Assembly: GCA_963846505.1 (NCBI GenBank)
Contig: CAWJWD010000006.1
Span: forward strand, 408,606 to 472,605
Length of the DNA stretch: 64,000 nt
DNA from: an uncultured Thermoleophilaceae bacterium
GTDB lineage: Bacteria; Actinomycetota; Thermoleophilia; Solirubrobacterales; Thermoleophilaceae
Reading direction: 5' to 3'
The position numbers and the translations under genes are program-made. The notes under the pieces were generated by a model, which was given only the letters and a program-made list of their open reading frames with translations, was not told the origin of the DNA and searched no databases. This document shows positions 7,932 to 17,720 of the stretch, in pieces. Position 1 is the first letter of the stretch; the number at the start of each line of letters is the position of its first letter.

Positions 7932-10770
7932 CGCCGCCGCCCCAAGCATCATCGCGACCGACTCAGGGGTCGCCGTGGGACGGCGCTACACGCAGGAGGG
8001 CACGCACCCGTTCGACTGCGTCGAGTGGGAGATCCGCGACGCGATCATCGGCGATCCGGCCAATCCCGCCTTCGAGCAGCGCGGCGTCGAGTTCCCGACG
8101 AGCTGGTCCCAGAACGCGACCAACATCGTCGCCCAGAAGTACTTCCGCGGCCGCATGGACTCGGACGAGCGCGAGTCGTCGGTCAAGCAGATGGTCGCGC
8201 GCGTGTCCGGCACCATCGCCGGCTGGGGTCGCGAGGGCGGCTACTTCGCGACCGAGGCGGACGCGCAGGCCTTCGAGGACGAGCTGACGCACATCCTGCT
8301 CAACCAGCTGGCGGCCTTCAACTCGCCGGTCTGGTTCAACGTCGGCTTCGAGGAGCACCCGCAGTGCTCGGCCTGCTTCATCCTCTCGGTCGAGGACACG
8401 ATCGAGTCGATCCTCGACTGGAACACGAAGGAGGGCATGATCTTCCGCGGCGGCTCGGGCTCGGGGATCAACCTCTCGCGCATCCGCGCGTCGAAGGAGC
8501 ACCTCTCCAAGGGCGGGCTCGCCAGCGGCCCGGTCAGCTTCATGCGCGGCGCCGACGCCTGGGCCGGCACGATCAAGTCCGGCGGCAAGACCCGCCGCGC
8601 GGCCAAGATGGTCGTGCTCGACGTCGACCACCCGGACGTCCTCGACTTCATCTGGTGCAAGGCGCGCGAGGAGGAGAAGGCGGCCGCGCTGCGCGACGCC
8701 GGCTTCGACATGCGCCTCGACAGCGAGCACTTCGCGTCGATCCAGTACCAGAACGCCAACAACTCCGTGCGCGTGACCGACGAGTTCATGGAGCGCGCCG
8801 AGCGCAACGAGGACTGGGAGCTCACCGCGCGCGTGGACGGTGCCGAGATCGAGCGCGTCAACGCGCGCGAGCTGCTCGAGCAGCTCGCCGACGCCGCCTG
8901 GCGCTGCGCGGACCCGGGCATCCAGTACGACACCACCATCAACGCCTGGCACACGTGCCCGAACTCCGGTCGCATCAACGCGTCGAACCCGTGCTCGGAG
9001 TACATGCACGTCGACGACTCGGCCTGCAACCTGGCCTCGATCAACCTGATGAAGTTCCGCAACGCGGACGGCTCGTTCGACGTCGCGGGCTTCGAGCACG
9101 TGATCGACGTGATGATCCTCGCGCAGGAAATCGTCGTCTCGCCGTCGAGCTACCCGACCAAGGAGATCGGGCGCAACGCGCGCGACTTCCGCCAGCTCGG
9201 CCTCGGCTACGCCAACCTCGGCGCGCTGCTGATGGCCAACGGCGTCGGCTACGACTCGGACGGCGGCCGCGCGCTCTGCGGCGCGATCACCGCGCTGATG
9301 ACCGGCCGCGCCTACCGCACCTCGGCCGAGGTCGCCGGGGCGCTCGGCCCGTACGCGCAGTACGAGAAGAACCGCGACCCGCACCTGCACGTGATGCGCA
9401 AGCACCGCGACGCGGCGTACGCGATCGACACCACCGTGGTGCCGGACAGCCCGCTGCTCGAGGCCGCCCAGCGTGCCTGGGACGAGGCCGTCGAGGTCGG
9501 CGAGCGCAACGGCTACCGCAACGCGCAGGCGACGGTGCTCGCGCCCACCGGCACGATCTCCTTCCTGATGGACTGCGACACGACCGGCATCGAGCCGGAC
9601 TTCTCGCTGGTCAAGTTCAAGGAGCTCGTCGGCGGCGGTCAGATGACGATCGTCAATCGCACCGTGCCGCTGGCGCTGCGCACGCTCGGCTACGCCGAGC
9701 ACGAGGTCGAGCAGATCGAGGCGTACCTCGCCGAGCAGGGCACGATCGTCGGTGCGCCCGGCCTGAAGGACGAGCACCTCGAGGTCTTCGACGTGGCCGT
9801 CGGCGAGCGCGCGATCGGCGCGATGGGGCACGTGAGGATGATGGCCGCGGCGCAGCCGTTCCTCTCGGGCGCGATCTCGAAGACGGTCAACCTGCCCGAG
9901 TCGACCACGGTCGAGCAGATCGCCGAGGTCTACAGCGAGGGCTGGAAGCTCGGCCTCAAGGCGCTCGCGATCTACCGCGACGGCTCGAAGACCGCGCAGG
10001 CGCTGAAGACCGACGCCGGCGACAAGAAGACCGAGGAGACGACCGCGGCGCTCGAGCCGGCGCGGCCGGTCCGCCGCCGGATGCCGGGCGAGCGCCACTC
10101 GCTGACGCACAAGTTCTCGATCGCCGGGCACGAGGGCTACATCACGGCCGGCGAGTACGAGGACGGCTCGGTCGGCGAGATCTTCCTGACCGACATCGGC
10201 AAGGAAGGCTCGACGATCAAGGGCATGATGAACGCGTTCGCCACGGCGATCTCGATCGGCCTCCAGTACGGCGTGCCGCTCGAGACGTTCGTGCGCAAGT
10301 TCGCCTACATGCGCTTCGAGCCGGAGGGCATCACCCGCAACCCGGAGATCCCGTTCGCCAAGTCGCTGCCGGACTACATCATGCGCTGGGTCGCCTCCCG
10401 CTACGGCGACGCGGACCTGCACGAGGAGCTCGGCATCCTCACCAACGAGGCGCGGGCGCGCAAGGCGTCCGAGGAGGCCGCGCTGCGCGGCGACACCGCC
10501 GGGCCGAACGGCAACGGTGGCGGCAACGGGCACGCCGGCAACGGCGCGGCCAACGGCGGCGCGTCGACGGGCGCGGCCGTGCCCCAGGCCGGTGGCGGCG
10601 ACTCCGGCCAGCCCGCCGCGGCGGCCTTCACCGACGCCCCGCCCGCGCTCCCGGCCAAGCTCCAGGGCCTCGACCTCGGCCCGGCCTGCGCCCAGTGCGG
10701 CGGCATGATGCAGCGCACCGGCTCCTGCTACACCTGCTCGAGCTGCGGCAACAACACCGGCTGCGGCTGA
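7915..10770 (+). CDS. nrdJ: adenosylcobalamin-dependent (class II) ribonucleotide reductase
   Basis: 951 aa. Contains NSPVWFNVG, CSACFIL, NPCSEYMHVDDSACNLASINL and GISKTVNLP motifs, and a C-terminal Cys-rich tail (CAQCGGMMQRTGSCYTCSSCGNNTGCG) after a Gly/Asn-rich linker. Confidence 0.95.
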   Translation: MSHSRSAAAPSIIATDSGVAVGRRYTQEGTHPFDCVEWEIRDAIIGDPANPAFEQRGVEFPTSWSQNATNIVAQKYFRGRMDSDERESSVKQMVARVSGTIAGWGREGGYFATEADAQAFEDELTHILLNQLAAFNSPVWFNVGFEEHPQCSACFILSVEDTIESILDWNTKEGMIFRGGSGSGINLSRIRASKEHLSKGGLASGPVSFMRGADAWAGTIKSGGKTRRAAKMVVLDVDHPDVLDFIWCKAREEEKAAALRDAGFDMRLDSEHFASIQYQNANNSVRVTDEFMERAERNEDWELTARVDGAEIERVNARELLEQLADAAWRCADPGIQYDTTINAWHTCPNSGRINASNPCSEYMHVDDSACNLASINLMKFRNADGSFDVAGFEHVIDVMILAQEIVVSPSSYPTKEIGRNARDFRQLGLGYANLGALLMANGVGYDSDGGRALCGAITALMTGRAYRTSAEVAGALGPYAQYEKNRDPHLHVMRKHRDAAYAIDTTVVPDSPLLEAAQRAWDEAVEVGERNGYRNAQATVLAPTGTISFLMDCDTTGIEPDFSLVKFKELVGGGQMTIVNRTVPLALRTLGYAEHEVEQIEAYLAEQGTIVGAPGLKDEHLEVFDVAVGERAIGAMGHVRMMAAAQPFLSGAISKTVNLPESTTVEQIAEVYSEGWKLGLKALAIYRDGSKTAQALKTDAGDKKTEETTAALEPARPVRRRMPGERHSLTHKFSIAGHEGYITAGEYEDGSVGEIFLTDIGKEGSTIKGMMNAFATAISIGLQYGVPLETFVRKFAYMRFEPEGITRNPEIPFAKSLPDYIMRWVASRYGDADLHEELGILTNEARARKASEEAALRGDTAGPNGNGGGNGHAGNGAANGGASTGAAVPQAGGGDSGQPAAAAFTDAPPALPAKLQGLDLGPACAQCGGMMQRTGSCYTCSSCGNNTGCG

Positions 10771-10774
10771 TGGA

Positions 10775-10808
10775 GCGCTGGCCAGCGTAAACCGAGCGTT
10801 GGCCAGCA
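10775..10808 (+). terminator. GC-rich hairpin / repeated GCTGGCCAGC element downstream of nrdJ
   Basis: CGCTGGCCAGCG (10776-10787, a 12-nt palindrome) and GCGTTGGCCAGC (10796-10807) can pair as a roughly 10-bp stem with an 8-11-nt loop. There is no U-tract. Confidence 0.25.
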
Positions 10809-10851
10809 CTCTCGAGTCCTCCCGCCAGCTCGACGGCAGCGCCAATTAACC

Positions 10852-10880
10852 CTGACTTATTAGGGATTTCCAGGTAGCGT
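10852..10880 (+). promoter_or_regulatory. candidate promoter CTGACT-N17-TAGCGT giving a leaderless transcript for ORF 10888
   Basis: Hexamer match only. The -10 ends 7 nt before ATG 10888 and no SD is present (CCCGTTC-ATG). Confidence 0.25.
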
Positions 10881-10887
10881 CCCGTTC

Positions 10888-11796
10888 ATGGACGCGCAGA
10901 CGAACGTCGGCATCTACGGGAACGGGCTGTTCCAAGACGGCTCGACCCCGTATGACGAGCAGCTACGGCAGCTGCTCGCCGCCCGCTTCGACACGATCAC
11001 GCTCTGGGCGCTGCACGCGCACGAGAACGGGGACCTGTTCTACAACGACGATCTCGCCGTGCGCGACGGGCAGCTGATGACCGGGCAGGGCAAGCTCAAC
11101 CCGCTGCTGCCCGAGCTGGTGCGGAAGCTGCGGGTCTCGGCGGGTCTGCGCACGTTCGGCTTCAGCATCGGTCCGTTCGCGGAGGACTTCCAGCGCCTGG
11201 CGGCCGACACCGCGCGTGCCGCGACCAACCTGAAGCCGCTGATCGCGGCACTGGGAATCGACTCGGTCGACTTCGACTTCGAGGGCGCCTGCTCGGACGC
11301 CGACCGGCGGATGATCGTCGAGCTGACGCTGCTGATGCACGCGCTCGGCGTCGCCGTCAGCTACTGCCCGTACACGGCCGAGGACTTCTGGCTTGGCTGC
11401 CTGACCGACGTCTACGCCCAGCTCGGCAGCCAACCGGTGTGGGCGTACAACCTCCAGTGCTACGACGGCGGGGACGGCAACGATCCGATCGCGTGGGCGC
11501 AGACGCTGCAAGCGTCGGCGAGGCCGACCGGCGTCGCCGATCCGATCGCCTTCGTCCAACCGGGCTACTGGGTCGCCAACAGAGGGCCGGAGTCCTTCTA
11601 CGGCAAGTGTCCGAGGACGCTCGAGGGCATGTTCGCGGCGCTCGGCCCCCGCGGCGTCCGCGGGGGCTGGCTGTGGAACAGCGGCGACGTGTTCGCCAAC
11701 GAGCAGGCCGGGCTCTGTCCCGGCCAGGACGTGACCCCGGCCGGCTACCGCCAGGCGCTGGCCAAGGGACTCGGCGGCGTGCCGGCGCTGGCCTAG
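10888..11796 (+). CDS. hypothetical protein with a GH18-type DxxDxDxE motif (chitinase-like TIM barrel?), no signal peptide
   Basis: 302 aa with coding-type GC3 bias. Contains GIDSVDFDFEG (D-x-x-D-x-D-x-E) about one third of the way in and WAYNLQCYDGG later. The family assignment is by motif only. Confidence 0.65.
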   Translation: MDAQTNVGIYGNGLFQDGSTPYDEQLRQLLAARFDTITLWALHAHENGDLFYNDDLAVRDGQLMTGQGKLNPLLPELVRKLRVSAGLRTFGFSIGPFAEDFQRLAADTARAATNLKPLIAALGIDSVDFDFEGACSDADRRMIVELTLLMHALGVAVSYCPYTAEDFWLGCLTDVYAQLGSQPVWAYNLQCYDGGDGNDPIAWAQTLQASARPTGVADPIAFVQPGYWVANRGPESFYGKCPRTLEGMFAALGPRGVRGGWLWNSGDVFANEQAGLCPGQDVTPAGYRQALAKGLGGVPALA

Positions 11797-11839
11797 GCCG
11801 GCAGCGGCACGCCATCGGTGGTCGAGGCCTCGAGCGCGA

Positions 11840-12493
11840 CTACGCAGGCAGCGGCATGCCTCTAGCCGTCGGCGCCTCGGAGCGCGGCGCGCGGCCGAGC
11901 AGCGCGCGGACCGCGTGGGCGATGCCGAGCGCCAGGCCGCGGCAGATCCAGTAGGCGAGCGGCAGCAGGGCGACGCCGATCGCGACCCGCAGCACGGCGT
12001 AGCCGGCGGCAGGGTCCTCGAGGATCGCGGGGACGGGGTCGTCGTCGTCGGACACCGCCCACATCCACAGCGGCGAGCTGATCAGGCCGAGGACGCCGCT
12101 CCAGACCGAGACCGCGACGCTGAAACCGATCGTGCCGAACGCGAGCAGCAACAGCGACCAGAGCAGGTCGAGCCAGCTCGCGGCGTCGCCGACCACCGTC
12201 TTGGTCCGCTGCCAGAGGTTGCCGGCGAGCGGGCGCTCGGGCGCTGGGATCGGCTCGCCGAGCAGCAGCGCGGCTCGACGACGTTCGATCGCGGCGAACC
12301 AGCGGCAGACGACGAGCGTCGCGAGCAGGATCGGGATCCCGAGCAGCGTGATCGCCAGTCCGGCGGCGAGCGAGAGCCCGGTGACCGCGACGGTGAAGGT
12401 GACGATGCCGAGCGGCAGCCCGACGAGCAGGTAGGCGGCGTCGAGGCCGGCGTTGCGCAGCGGACGCAGGATGCGGGAGCGAGTGATGGTCAT
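11840..12493 (-). CDS. membrane protein of the actinobacterial 'putative sensor' domain type
   Basis: 217 aa with 4-5 TM helices and an N-terminal LRNAGLDAAYLLVGLPLGIVTF... No kinase domain follows it. Confidence 0.75.
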   Translation of the reverse strand: MTITRSRILRPLRNAGLDAAYLLVGLPLGIVTFTVAVTGLSLAAGLAITLLGIPILLATLVVCRWFAAIERRRAALLLGEPIPAPERPLAGNLWQRTKTVVGDAASWLDLLWSLLLLAFGTIGFSVAVSVWSGVLGLISSPLWMWAVSDDDDPVPAILEDPAAGYAVLRVAIGVALLPLAYWICRGLALGIAHAVRALLGRAPRSEAPTARGMPLPA

Positions 12494-12537
12494 GCCGACG
12501 ATCGTCGCCGCAGCGAGCGCTCGAAGCGATGGGGCAG

Positions 12538-12586
12538 GCTCCCGAGCGGAGGTGCGGCTAGCCGCACGCCGGCCGCCTCCGGGAGC
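12538..12586 (-). terminator. compound GC-rich hairpin between the LLM gene and the sensor-domain gene
   Basis: The inner element is a perfect 16-nt palindrome GTGCGGCTAGCCGCAC (12552-12567). The outer arms GCTCCCG..GAGG / CCTCCGGGAGC are complementary. It starts 8 nt downstream of the LLM stop and has no U-tract. Confidence 0.3.
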
Positions 12587-12593
12587 CGACGCC

Positions 12594-13623
12594 CTAGGCG
12601 CCGGCGGCGGACCGCGAGGCCTGCCGCCCGAGCCCCATCGCCTCGGCGACCAGCTCGTACGAACGCCGGCGGGCGGCGTGCTCGTAGGTGATCGTGAGGA
12701 TCGTCAGCTCCTGCGCCTGGTACTCCTGCGCGACTTCCTCGAGTCCGGCGCGCACCGTCTCGGGCGAGCCGATGATCGCGCGGCGGCGGCCGCCGCCGGG
12801 TGCGCGCGGCTCGGAGTCGCGCGACTCCCAGTAGCGCAGCGCCTTCTCGACCGGCGGGATCTCGATCAGGTGGCCCTGGCGCAGCAGCGAGAACGCCATC
12901 CGGCCGCTGGCCGCCAGCTGCTGGGCCTCCTCGTCGGTCTCGGCGCAGATGACGTTGACGCCCACGGCGACGAGCGGGGCGGCCAGGCGCTCGGAGTCGA
13001 CGAAGCGGGCGCGGTAGTCGGCGGCGATGGCCGCGCCCTGGGGGTTGATGAAGTCGGCGAACGAATACGGCAGCCCCAGCTCGCCGGCCCAGATGCCGCT
13101 CTGCGGCGAGGAGCCGAGCAGCCATGGGCAGGCCGGGCAGCGTGCGCGCCAGGCGCGCGAACGGGTGGTTGGGCGCCATGCGGTCCTCGAGATAGGCCAG
13201 CAGCTCGGTCAGCTGCTCGGGGAAGTCGTCGCGCAGCACGTGATTGCGGTCGCGCTGCAGCGCCAGCATCGTCAGCTGGTCGGTGCCCGGCGCGCGGCCG
13301 AGCCCGAGGTCGATGCGCCCCGGCGCCAGGCCGCTGAGCATGCTGAACTGCTCGGCCACCTTGAGCGGGCTGTAGTGAGGCAGCATGACGCCGCCGCTGC
13401 CGACGCGGATGCGCTCGGTCGCGAAGGCGACCGGGCCGATCATCACCTCGGGAGCCGCGCAGGCGAGCATCGGGGTGGCGTGGTGCTCGGCGACCCAGTA
13501 GCGGTGGTAGCCGAGCCGGTCGGCGAGGCGGGCGAGGTCGAGCGTGTCGTGCAGCGCCTCGGCGGCGGTGGAGCCCTCGGAGATCGGCGACTGATCGAGG
13601 ACGTTGAGTCGCAGCTCGGCCAT
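12594..13623 (-). pseudogene. LLM-class flavin-dependent oxidoreductase (luciferase-like, YhbW-type), frame broken at about 13122-13128
   Basis: The N-terminal frame reads MAELRLNVLDQSPISEG ... YHRYWVAEHH ... ARTLPGLP. The other frame continues WLLGSSPQSGIWAGELGLPYSFADFINP ... VGVNVICAETDEEAQ ... to stop 12594. The junction reads ctg-ccc-a-tgg-ctg, so one base too many (CCC versus CC) explains it. Confidence 0.75.
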
Positions 13624-13689
13624 GCCGCTTCGAGGGTAGAGACGGGCCGCCACACGACAACTGAATGGTCGTTCAGTCAAACTGGGCGC

Positions 13690-14778
13690 ATGGCCCACCC
13701 CCTCCACTTCCTCACCGGCTTCCCCGGCTTCATCGGCCGCCGGCTCGTACGCTCGCTGCTCGAGCGCGACCCGGACGCCCGTGTCGTCGCCCTCGTCGAG
13801 GAGCGCATGCTCGACAGCGCCCGTCAGGCCGCCACCGCGATCGACGCGCAGCGGATCGAGCTGCTGACCGGCGACATCGCCACCCGCGGCCTCGGCCTCG
13901 GCGCCGAGGACTGGCAGCGCATGAGCGCCGAGGTCACCCACGTCCACCACCTCGCCGCGATCTACAACCTCGCAGTGCCGCTCGAGCTCGCCCAGCGCGT
14001 GAACGTCGACGGCACCGGCAACGTGCTCGAGCTCTGCCTCGCCGCCGAGAAGCTCGAGCGGCTCATGTACATCAGCACCGCCTATGTCGCCGGCATGCGC
14101 ACCGGCGTCGTCTACGAGCACGAGCTGTCGCTCGGCCAACGGCACAAGAACCACTACGAGTCGACGAAGTTCCAGGCCGAGCTCTGGGTGCGGCAGCTGA
14201 TGGACCGCGTGCCGACCACGGTCCTGCGGCCGGCGATCGTCGTCGGCGACTCGCAGACGGGCGAGACCGAGAAGTTCGACGGTCCCTACTTCCTGCTGCG
14301 CACGATCGCCCAGGCCCACCGCAACCGCCGCCCGGTGCCGCAGTTCGGCCGCGCGCGGGCGACCTTCAACGTCGTGCCGGTCGACTACGTCGTCAAGGCG
14401 CTGACCGCGCTCGCCGACGATCCCGCGGCCGTCGGCCAGACGCTGCACCTCGTCGATCCCGAGCCGCTGCCCACGCGCGAGCTCGTGACGACGCTCTCGC
14501 GCGAGTACGCCGGGCGCGAGCCGCGCGGCTCGCTGCCCCCGGTACTGGCGGAGAACTCGCTGCGCCTACCGCCGGTGCGCAAGCTGCTCGGCGGCGCGCC
14601 CTGGCAGTCGATCGTCTACCTCAACCACGCCGTCACCTTCGACACCCGGCGCGCGCTCGACCTGCTCGAGCCGCACGGGCTGCGCCCGCCGAACTTCGCG
14701 ACCTATGTGTCCGCGATGGTGCGCTACTTCCGCGAGCACGAGGGCGATCCGCGCTTCGTGCCGGCCATCGCCGCCTAG
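13690..14778 (+). CDS. SDR-family oxidoreductase of the thioester/acyl-CoA reductase (NAD_binding_4) type
   Basis: ATG 13690 lies inside track ORF 13027-14778. Contains FLTGFPGFIGRRLV (Rossmann) and YESTKFQAE (YxxxK). 362 aa. Confidence 0.85.
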   Translation: MAHPLHFLTGFPGFIGRRLVRSLLERDPDARVVALVEERMLDSARQAATAIDAQRIELLTGDIATRGLGLGAEDWQRMSAEVTHVHHLAAIYNLAVPLELAQRVNVDGTGNVLELCLAAEKLERLMYISTAYVAGMRTGVVYEHELSLGQRHKNHYESTKFQAELWVRQLMDRVPTTVLRPAIVVGDSQTGETEKFDGPYFLLRTIAQAHRNRRPVPQFGRARATFNVVPVDYVVKALTALADDPAAVGQTLHLVDPEPLPTRELVTTLSREYAGREPRGSLPPVLAENSLRLPPVRKLLGGAPWQSIVYLNHAVTFDTRRALDLLEPHGLRPPNFATYVSAMVRYFREHEGDPRFVPAIAA

Positions 14779-15794
14779 CGGCGGCGCGCGGCCGGCTCGA
14801 GCGCCGGGTTCGTGAAGTTCTGATCGCGCGGGTTGAGCGTCACGCCCGGGGGCACGATCTCGTCGATGGCGTCGAGCACGTCGTCGGAGAGCTCGACCTC
14901 GGCCGCCGGCAGCTGCGACTCGAGGTGCTCCAGCGTGCGCGGGCCGATGATCGCCGCCGTCACCGCCGGGTGGCGGATCACGAACCCGAGCGCCAACTCG
15001 ATCAGCGTGATGCCGGCCTGCTCGGCCAGCTGCGCCAGCGCCTCCGTCGCCTCCAGCTTCTGCTGGTTCCCCGGCAGCTCCATGTCGTACATGTGCGGGA
15101 CCAGCGCGCTGCGCCGCGAGGCGACCTCCTGCCCCTTGCGAAAGCGCCCGGTCAGCCAGCCGCCGGCGAGCGGACTCCAGGGGATCACGCCCATGCCGTA
15201 GCGCTGGCAGGTCGGCAGCACGTCCGCCTCCACCCCGCGCACGAGGATCGAGTACGGCGGCTGCTCGCACATGAAGCGCTCGCGCCCGCGCCGCTCGGCC
15301 GTCCACTGCGCCTCGACGATCTGGCTGGCGGGGAAGGTCGAGCTGCCGATCGCGCGCACCTTGCCGGCGTGGATGAGGTCCGACAGCGCGCCGAGCGTCT
15401 CGTCGACGTCGGTGTCCGCGCGCGGGCGGTGCAGCTGGTAGAGGTCGATCCAGTCGGTCTTCAGCCGCCGCAGGCTGTTCTCGACCTCGCGCACGATCCA
15501 GCGCCGGGAGGCGCCGCCGGCGTTCGGGTCGTCGCCCATCTTGCCGTGGAACTTCGTCGCCAGGATCACGTCGTCGCGGCGACCGCCCGTGAGCGCCTTG
15601 CCGACGATCTCCTCCGACTCGCCGCCCGAGTAGACGTCGGCGGTATCGATAAAGTTCACGCCTGCGTCGAGGGCGCGATGGATGATCCGGATCGACTGGT
15701 CGTGATCCGGCTCGCCCCACGCTCCGAACATCATCGCTCCAAGGCAGAGGGGACTGACCTGCATGCCGGTGGAGCCGAGGGTGCGATATCTCAT
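14775..15794 (-). CDS. aldo/keto reductase
   Basis: MRYRTLGSTGMQVSPLCLGAMMFG ... INFIDTADVYSGGESEEIVGKAL ... 339 aa. It overlaps the SDR gene by 4 nt (convergent). Confidence 0.93.
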   Translation of the reverse strand: MRYRTLGSTGMQVSPLCLGAMMFGAWGEPDHDQSIRIIHRALDAGVNFIDTADVYSGGESEEIVGKALTGGRRDDVILATKFHGKMGDDPNAGGASRRWIVREVENSLRRLKTDWIDLYQLHRPRADTDVDETLGALSDLIHAGKVRAIGSSTFPASQIVEAQWTAERRGRERFMCEQPPYSILVRGVEADVLPTCQRYGMGVIPWSPLAGGWLTGRFRKGQEVASRRSALVPHMYDMELPGNQQKLEATEALAQLAEQAGITLIELALGFVIRHPAVTAAIIGPRTLEHLESQLPAAEVELSDDVLDAIDEIVPPGVTLNPRDQNFTNPALEPAARRR

Positions 15795-15865
15795 GCTCGC
15801 GACAGTAGTCGACGCTCTGCTGTTGGAATCCTCTCCGCGGGACTACTAACCTTGCACGGTCACGA

Positions 15866-17710
15866 ATGACGCACCGGTCTGACATACGCAACGTGGCGAT
15901 CATCGCCCACGTCGATCACGGCAAGACGACGCTCGTGGACGGCATGCTGCGCCAAGCGGGCGTCTTCGGCGCGCACGAGGACCTCACCGATCGCGTGATG
16001 GACTCGATGGACCAGGAGCGCGAGCGCGGCATCACGATCCTCGCCAAGAACGCCGCCGTGCGCTACACGACGACCACAGGCGAGCAGATCAAGCTCAACC
16101 TCGTCGACACCCCCGGCCACGCGGACTTCGGCGGCGAGGTCGAGCGCGGACTGACGATGGTCGACGGCGTGCTGCTGCTCGTCGACGCCTCCGAGGGTCC
16201 GCTGCCGCAGACCCGCTTCGTGCTGCGCAAGGCGCTGGAGGCGAGACTGCCGGTCGTCCTCTGCATCAACAAGGTCGACCGCCCGGACGCCCGCATCGGC
16301 GAGGTGATCGACGAGGTCTACGAGCTCTTCCTCGACCTCGACGCCGACGAGGAGCAGATCGAGTTCCCGATCGTCTACACGAACGCCCGCGCCGGCCAGG
16401 CGTCGCTCGAGGAGGGCGTGGAGGGGACGGACCTGCGGCCGCTGTTCGACCTGCTCGTGGAGCGCATTCCCGCGCCCGTCTACGACGAGGGCCATCCGCT
16501 GCAGGCGCGCGTGACCAACCTCGACGCCGACAGCTACGTCGGCCGCCTCGCTCTCTGCCGCGTCCATCAGGGGACGATCCGCAAGGGCCAGCAGGTCGCC
16601 TGGTGTCGCAGCGACGGCAGCGTCGAGTCCGTGAAGGTGGTCGAGCTCTACGTCACCGAGGGGCTGCGGCGCACGCCCGCCGAGGAGGCCGGCGCGGGTG
16701 ACGTGATCGCGCTCGCCGGCATCCCCGAGATCACGATCGGCGAGACGATCGCCGACCTCGCCGACCCGCGGCCGCTGCCGGTGATCCACGTCGAGGAGCC
16801 GGCGCTGGGCATGACCGTCGGCATCAACACCTCGCCGCTGGCGGGCAGATCGGGCACACGCCTGACCGCCCGCATGGTGCGCGACCGGCTCGACCGCGAG
16901 CTGGTCGGCAACGTGGCGATCAAGGTGCTCGACACCGACCGCGCCGACACCTGGGAGGTCCAGGGCCGCGGCGAGCTGCAGCTCGCCGTGCTCGTCGAGG
17001 GCATGCGACGCGAGGGCTTCGAGCTCACCGTCGGCAAGCCCCAGGTGGTCACGCGCACAGTCGACGGGCAGCTGCAGGAGCCGATGGAGCGGCTCTCGAT
17101 CGACATCCCCGAGGACCACCTCGGCACGGTCACGCAGATGCTCGCGCCGCGCAAGGGCCGGATGGAGAACATGGTCAACCACGGCACCGGCTGGATCCGG
17201 CTCGAGTTCCTGGTGCCGGCGCGCGGGCTGATCGGCTTTCGCACCGAGTTCATGACCGAGACGCGCGGCACCGGCATCCTGCACGCGATCTTCGAGGGCT
17301 ACGAGAACTGGCAGGGCGAGATCCGCACGCGCGAGAGCGGCTCGCTGGTCGCCGATCGCCCGGGCGAGACCGTCACCTACTCGCTGATCAGACTGCAGGA
17401 CCGCGGGGATCTGTTCGTCGGTCCCGGCGAGCAGGTCTACGAGGGCATGGTGATCGGCGAGAACGCTCGCGCGGACGACCTCGACGTCAACGCCGTGCGC
17501 GAGAAGAACCTCACCAACATGCGCGCGGCCGGCTCGGACAACACCGTCAAGCTCGTCCCGCACAGAGAGCTGTCGCTCGACCAGGCGCTGGAGTTCATCC
17601 GCGAGGACGAGTGCGTCGAGGTGACGCCCGACATCGTGCGGCTGCGCAAGCTCGTGCTCGACTCGATCACCCGCGGCAAGGTCACCAGAGCGCGCAAGAG
17701 AGCGAGCTAG
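15866..17710 (+). CDS. typA: translational GTPase TypA/BipA
   Basis: [33 protein letters not shown] and NKVDR G-motifs. 614 aa. Confidence 0.96.
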   Translation: MTHRSDIRNVAIIAHVDHGKTTLVDGMLRQAGVFGAHEDLTDRVMDSMDQERERGITILAKNAAVRYTTTTGEQIKLNLVDTPGHADFGGEVERGLTMVDGVLLLVDASEGPLPQTRFVLRKALEARLPVVLCINKVDRPDARIGEVIDEVYELFLDLDADEEQIEFPIVYTNARAGQASLEEGVEGTDLRPLFDLLVERIPAPVYDEGHPLQARVTNLDADSYVGRLALCRVHQGTIRKGQQVAWCRSDGSVESVKVVELYVTEGLRRTPAEEAGAGDVIALAGIPEITIGETIADLADPRPLPVIHVEEPALGMTVGINTSPLAGRSGTRLTARMVRDRLDRELVGNVAIKVLDTDRADTWEVQGRGELQLAVLVEGMRREGFELTVGKPQVVTRTVDGQLQEPMERLSIDIPEDHLGTVTQMLAPRKGRMENMVNHGTGWIRLEFLVPARGLIGFRTEFMTETRGTGILHAIFEGYENWQGEIRTRESGSLVADRPGETVTYSLIRLQDRGDLFVGPGEQVYEGMVIGENARADDLDVNAVREKNLTNMRAAGSDNTVKLVPHRELSLDQALEFIREDECVEVTPDIVRLRKLVLDSITRGKVTRARKRAS

Positions 17711-17720
17711 CGCCCAGCCG

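Noticed and set aside
7963-10845. A 960-aa antisense ORF and a 921-aa alternative-frame ORF (8025-10790) covering nrdJ
   Set aside because: The translations are Arg/Ala/Gly/Pro-rich with no motifs, while the nrdJ frame carries all the class II RNR motifs. Long stop-free off-frames are expected at this GC content.
11822-11833. A 12-nt perfect palindrome TCGAGGCCTCGA between the convergent GH18-like and sensor-domain genes
   Set aside because: There is no loop and no flanking U-tract, so it is too short to call a terminator. It is also a plausible chance occurrence of restriction-site-like palindromes in GC-rich DNA.
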